From Deltaproteobacteria bacterium (GTDB lineage: Bacteria > Myxococcota_A > UBA796 > UBA2385): a stretch of DNA of 64,000 nt. Within the stretch, counting starts at the first letter, position 1, and each line of letters begins with the position of its first letter. Shown in pieces: positions 63,625-64,000 of this stretch. Position numbers and translations under genes: made by a program. The stretch lies in contig JAEUKK010000059.1 in the NCBI GenBank assembly GCA_016792625.1, positions 32,210-96,209 of the forward strand. The letters run 5' to 3'. The notes under the pieces are model-generated. The model worked only from the letters and a program-made list of their open reading frames with translations. It made no database searches and had not been told where the DNA came from.

Positions 63625-64000
63625 GGCCCCCAGCGGTGGCGGCGCTGCTGCTGGGCAGCGGCTGCGGCCCTCCGCTCGCCGAGGTGGCCTGGCGTGGGGG
63701 CGACGCCCACTGGCCGGCCAACAGCCCGGCGGCCCTCGCTGAGAGCCTCGACGCTGGCGTCGATCTGCACCTCCAGCTCTGGCTGGCGGGTGACCGCCAG
63801 CCGGTGGTCTGGGGCGCCCCCACCCTCGACGCCGAGACCTGCGAGACCGTGGGCGGGCGCGACATCGACGAGGAGGTCTGGCTGGTCGAGCAGCCCGCGG
63901 ACGTGCTCATCGCCGGCTGGCGCTGCGGAGCGCGCGCCGCCGCGGACCGCCCCGAGGCCGCGACCGCGCCCTTCCCCTTGATGACGCTGGAGCAGCTGCT
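63621..64000 (+). CDS. Lipoprotein with glycerophosphodiester-phosphodiesterase-like N-terminus (partial, runs off the window)
   Basis: Not in the ORF track because there is no stop in the window. The ATG at 63621 overlaps the upstream stop (ATGA). It translates MRPPAVAALLLGSGCGPPLAEVAWRGGDAHWPANSPAALAESLDAGVDLHLQLWLAGDRQPVVWGAP... (lipobox LGSGC). Confidence 0.55.
   Translation, partial: MRPPAVAALLLGSGCGPPLAEVAWRGGDAHWPANSPAALAESLDAGVDLHLQLWLAGDRQPVVWGAPTLDAETCETVGGRDIDEEVWLVEQPADVLIAGWRCGARAAADRPEAATAPFPLMTLEQL

Overview
This is a very GC-rich bacterial chromosome segment (about 70% or more by eye, not computed) that is almost entirely coding. All domain calls were made by eye from the translated ORFs; no searches were run. 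Start codons were re-picked from Shine-Dalgarno motifs, signal peptides and 4-nt start/stop overlaps, because the ORF track gives longest ORFs that are often over-extended.

A Myxococcota origin is likely (inference). The evidence is a MYXO-CTERM-like sorting tail, Cys/Asp-rich 'putative metal-binding' repeats, many lipobox lipoproteins and long spurious antisense ORFs.

I call 57 protein-coding genes, two of them partial at the window edges. I saw no rRNA, tRNA, CRISPR array, transposase or integrase.

Most of the content is cell-envelope housekeeping:
- lpxA at 7.2 kb.
- lysS-lolC/E-lolD-bamA-skp-lpxD-fabZ at 22-30.5 kb.
- A 10-gene co-directional block at 49.7-60 kb: YdbS/YdbT-like bPH genes, lpxB, a GT-C glycosyltransferase, msbA, an alkyltransferase-like protein, a fused waaA-lpxK ORF and an lpxL-like gene.
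- phoH/7TM-HD/ybeY, prfB (with its +1 programmed frameshift, which the ORF track misses), coaX, birA, alr and a plant-type gshA.

The best candidate for an undescribed system is a four-gene, translationally coupled operon at 34275-37411. It is built around a radical SAM/SPASM enzyme with an N-terminal hydrophobic segment. All three partners are membrane proteins, and I found no recognisable precursor peptide, RRE, protease or exporter.

Other unusual items:
- A trypsin-like protease fused to a C-terminal beta-barrel-like domain.
- A four-module peptidoglycan hydrolase coupled to a TolB-like lipoprotein.
- Two giant Cys/Asp-repeat surface proteins.
- An unknown ORF coupled to lpxA.
- An orphan CpaE/TadZ-like ATPase.
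- A lipoprotein-porin-phosphatase module.
- A 509-bp non-coding gap upstream of lysS.
- Several short tandem repeats.
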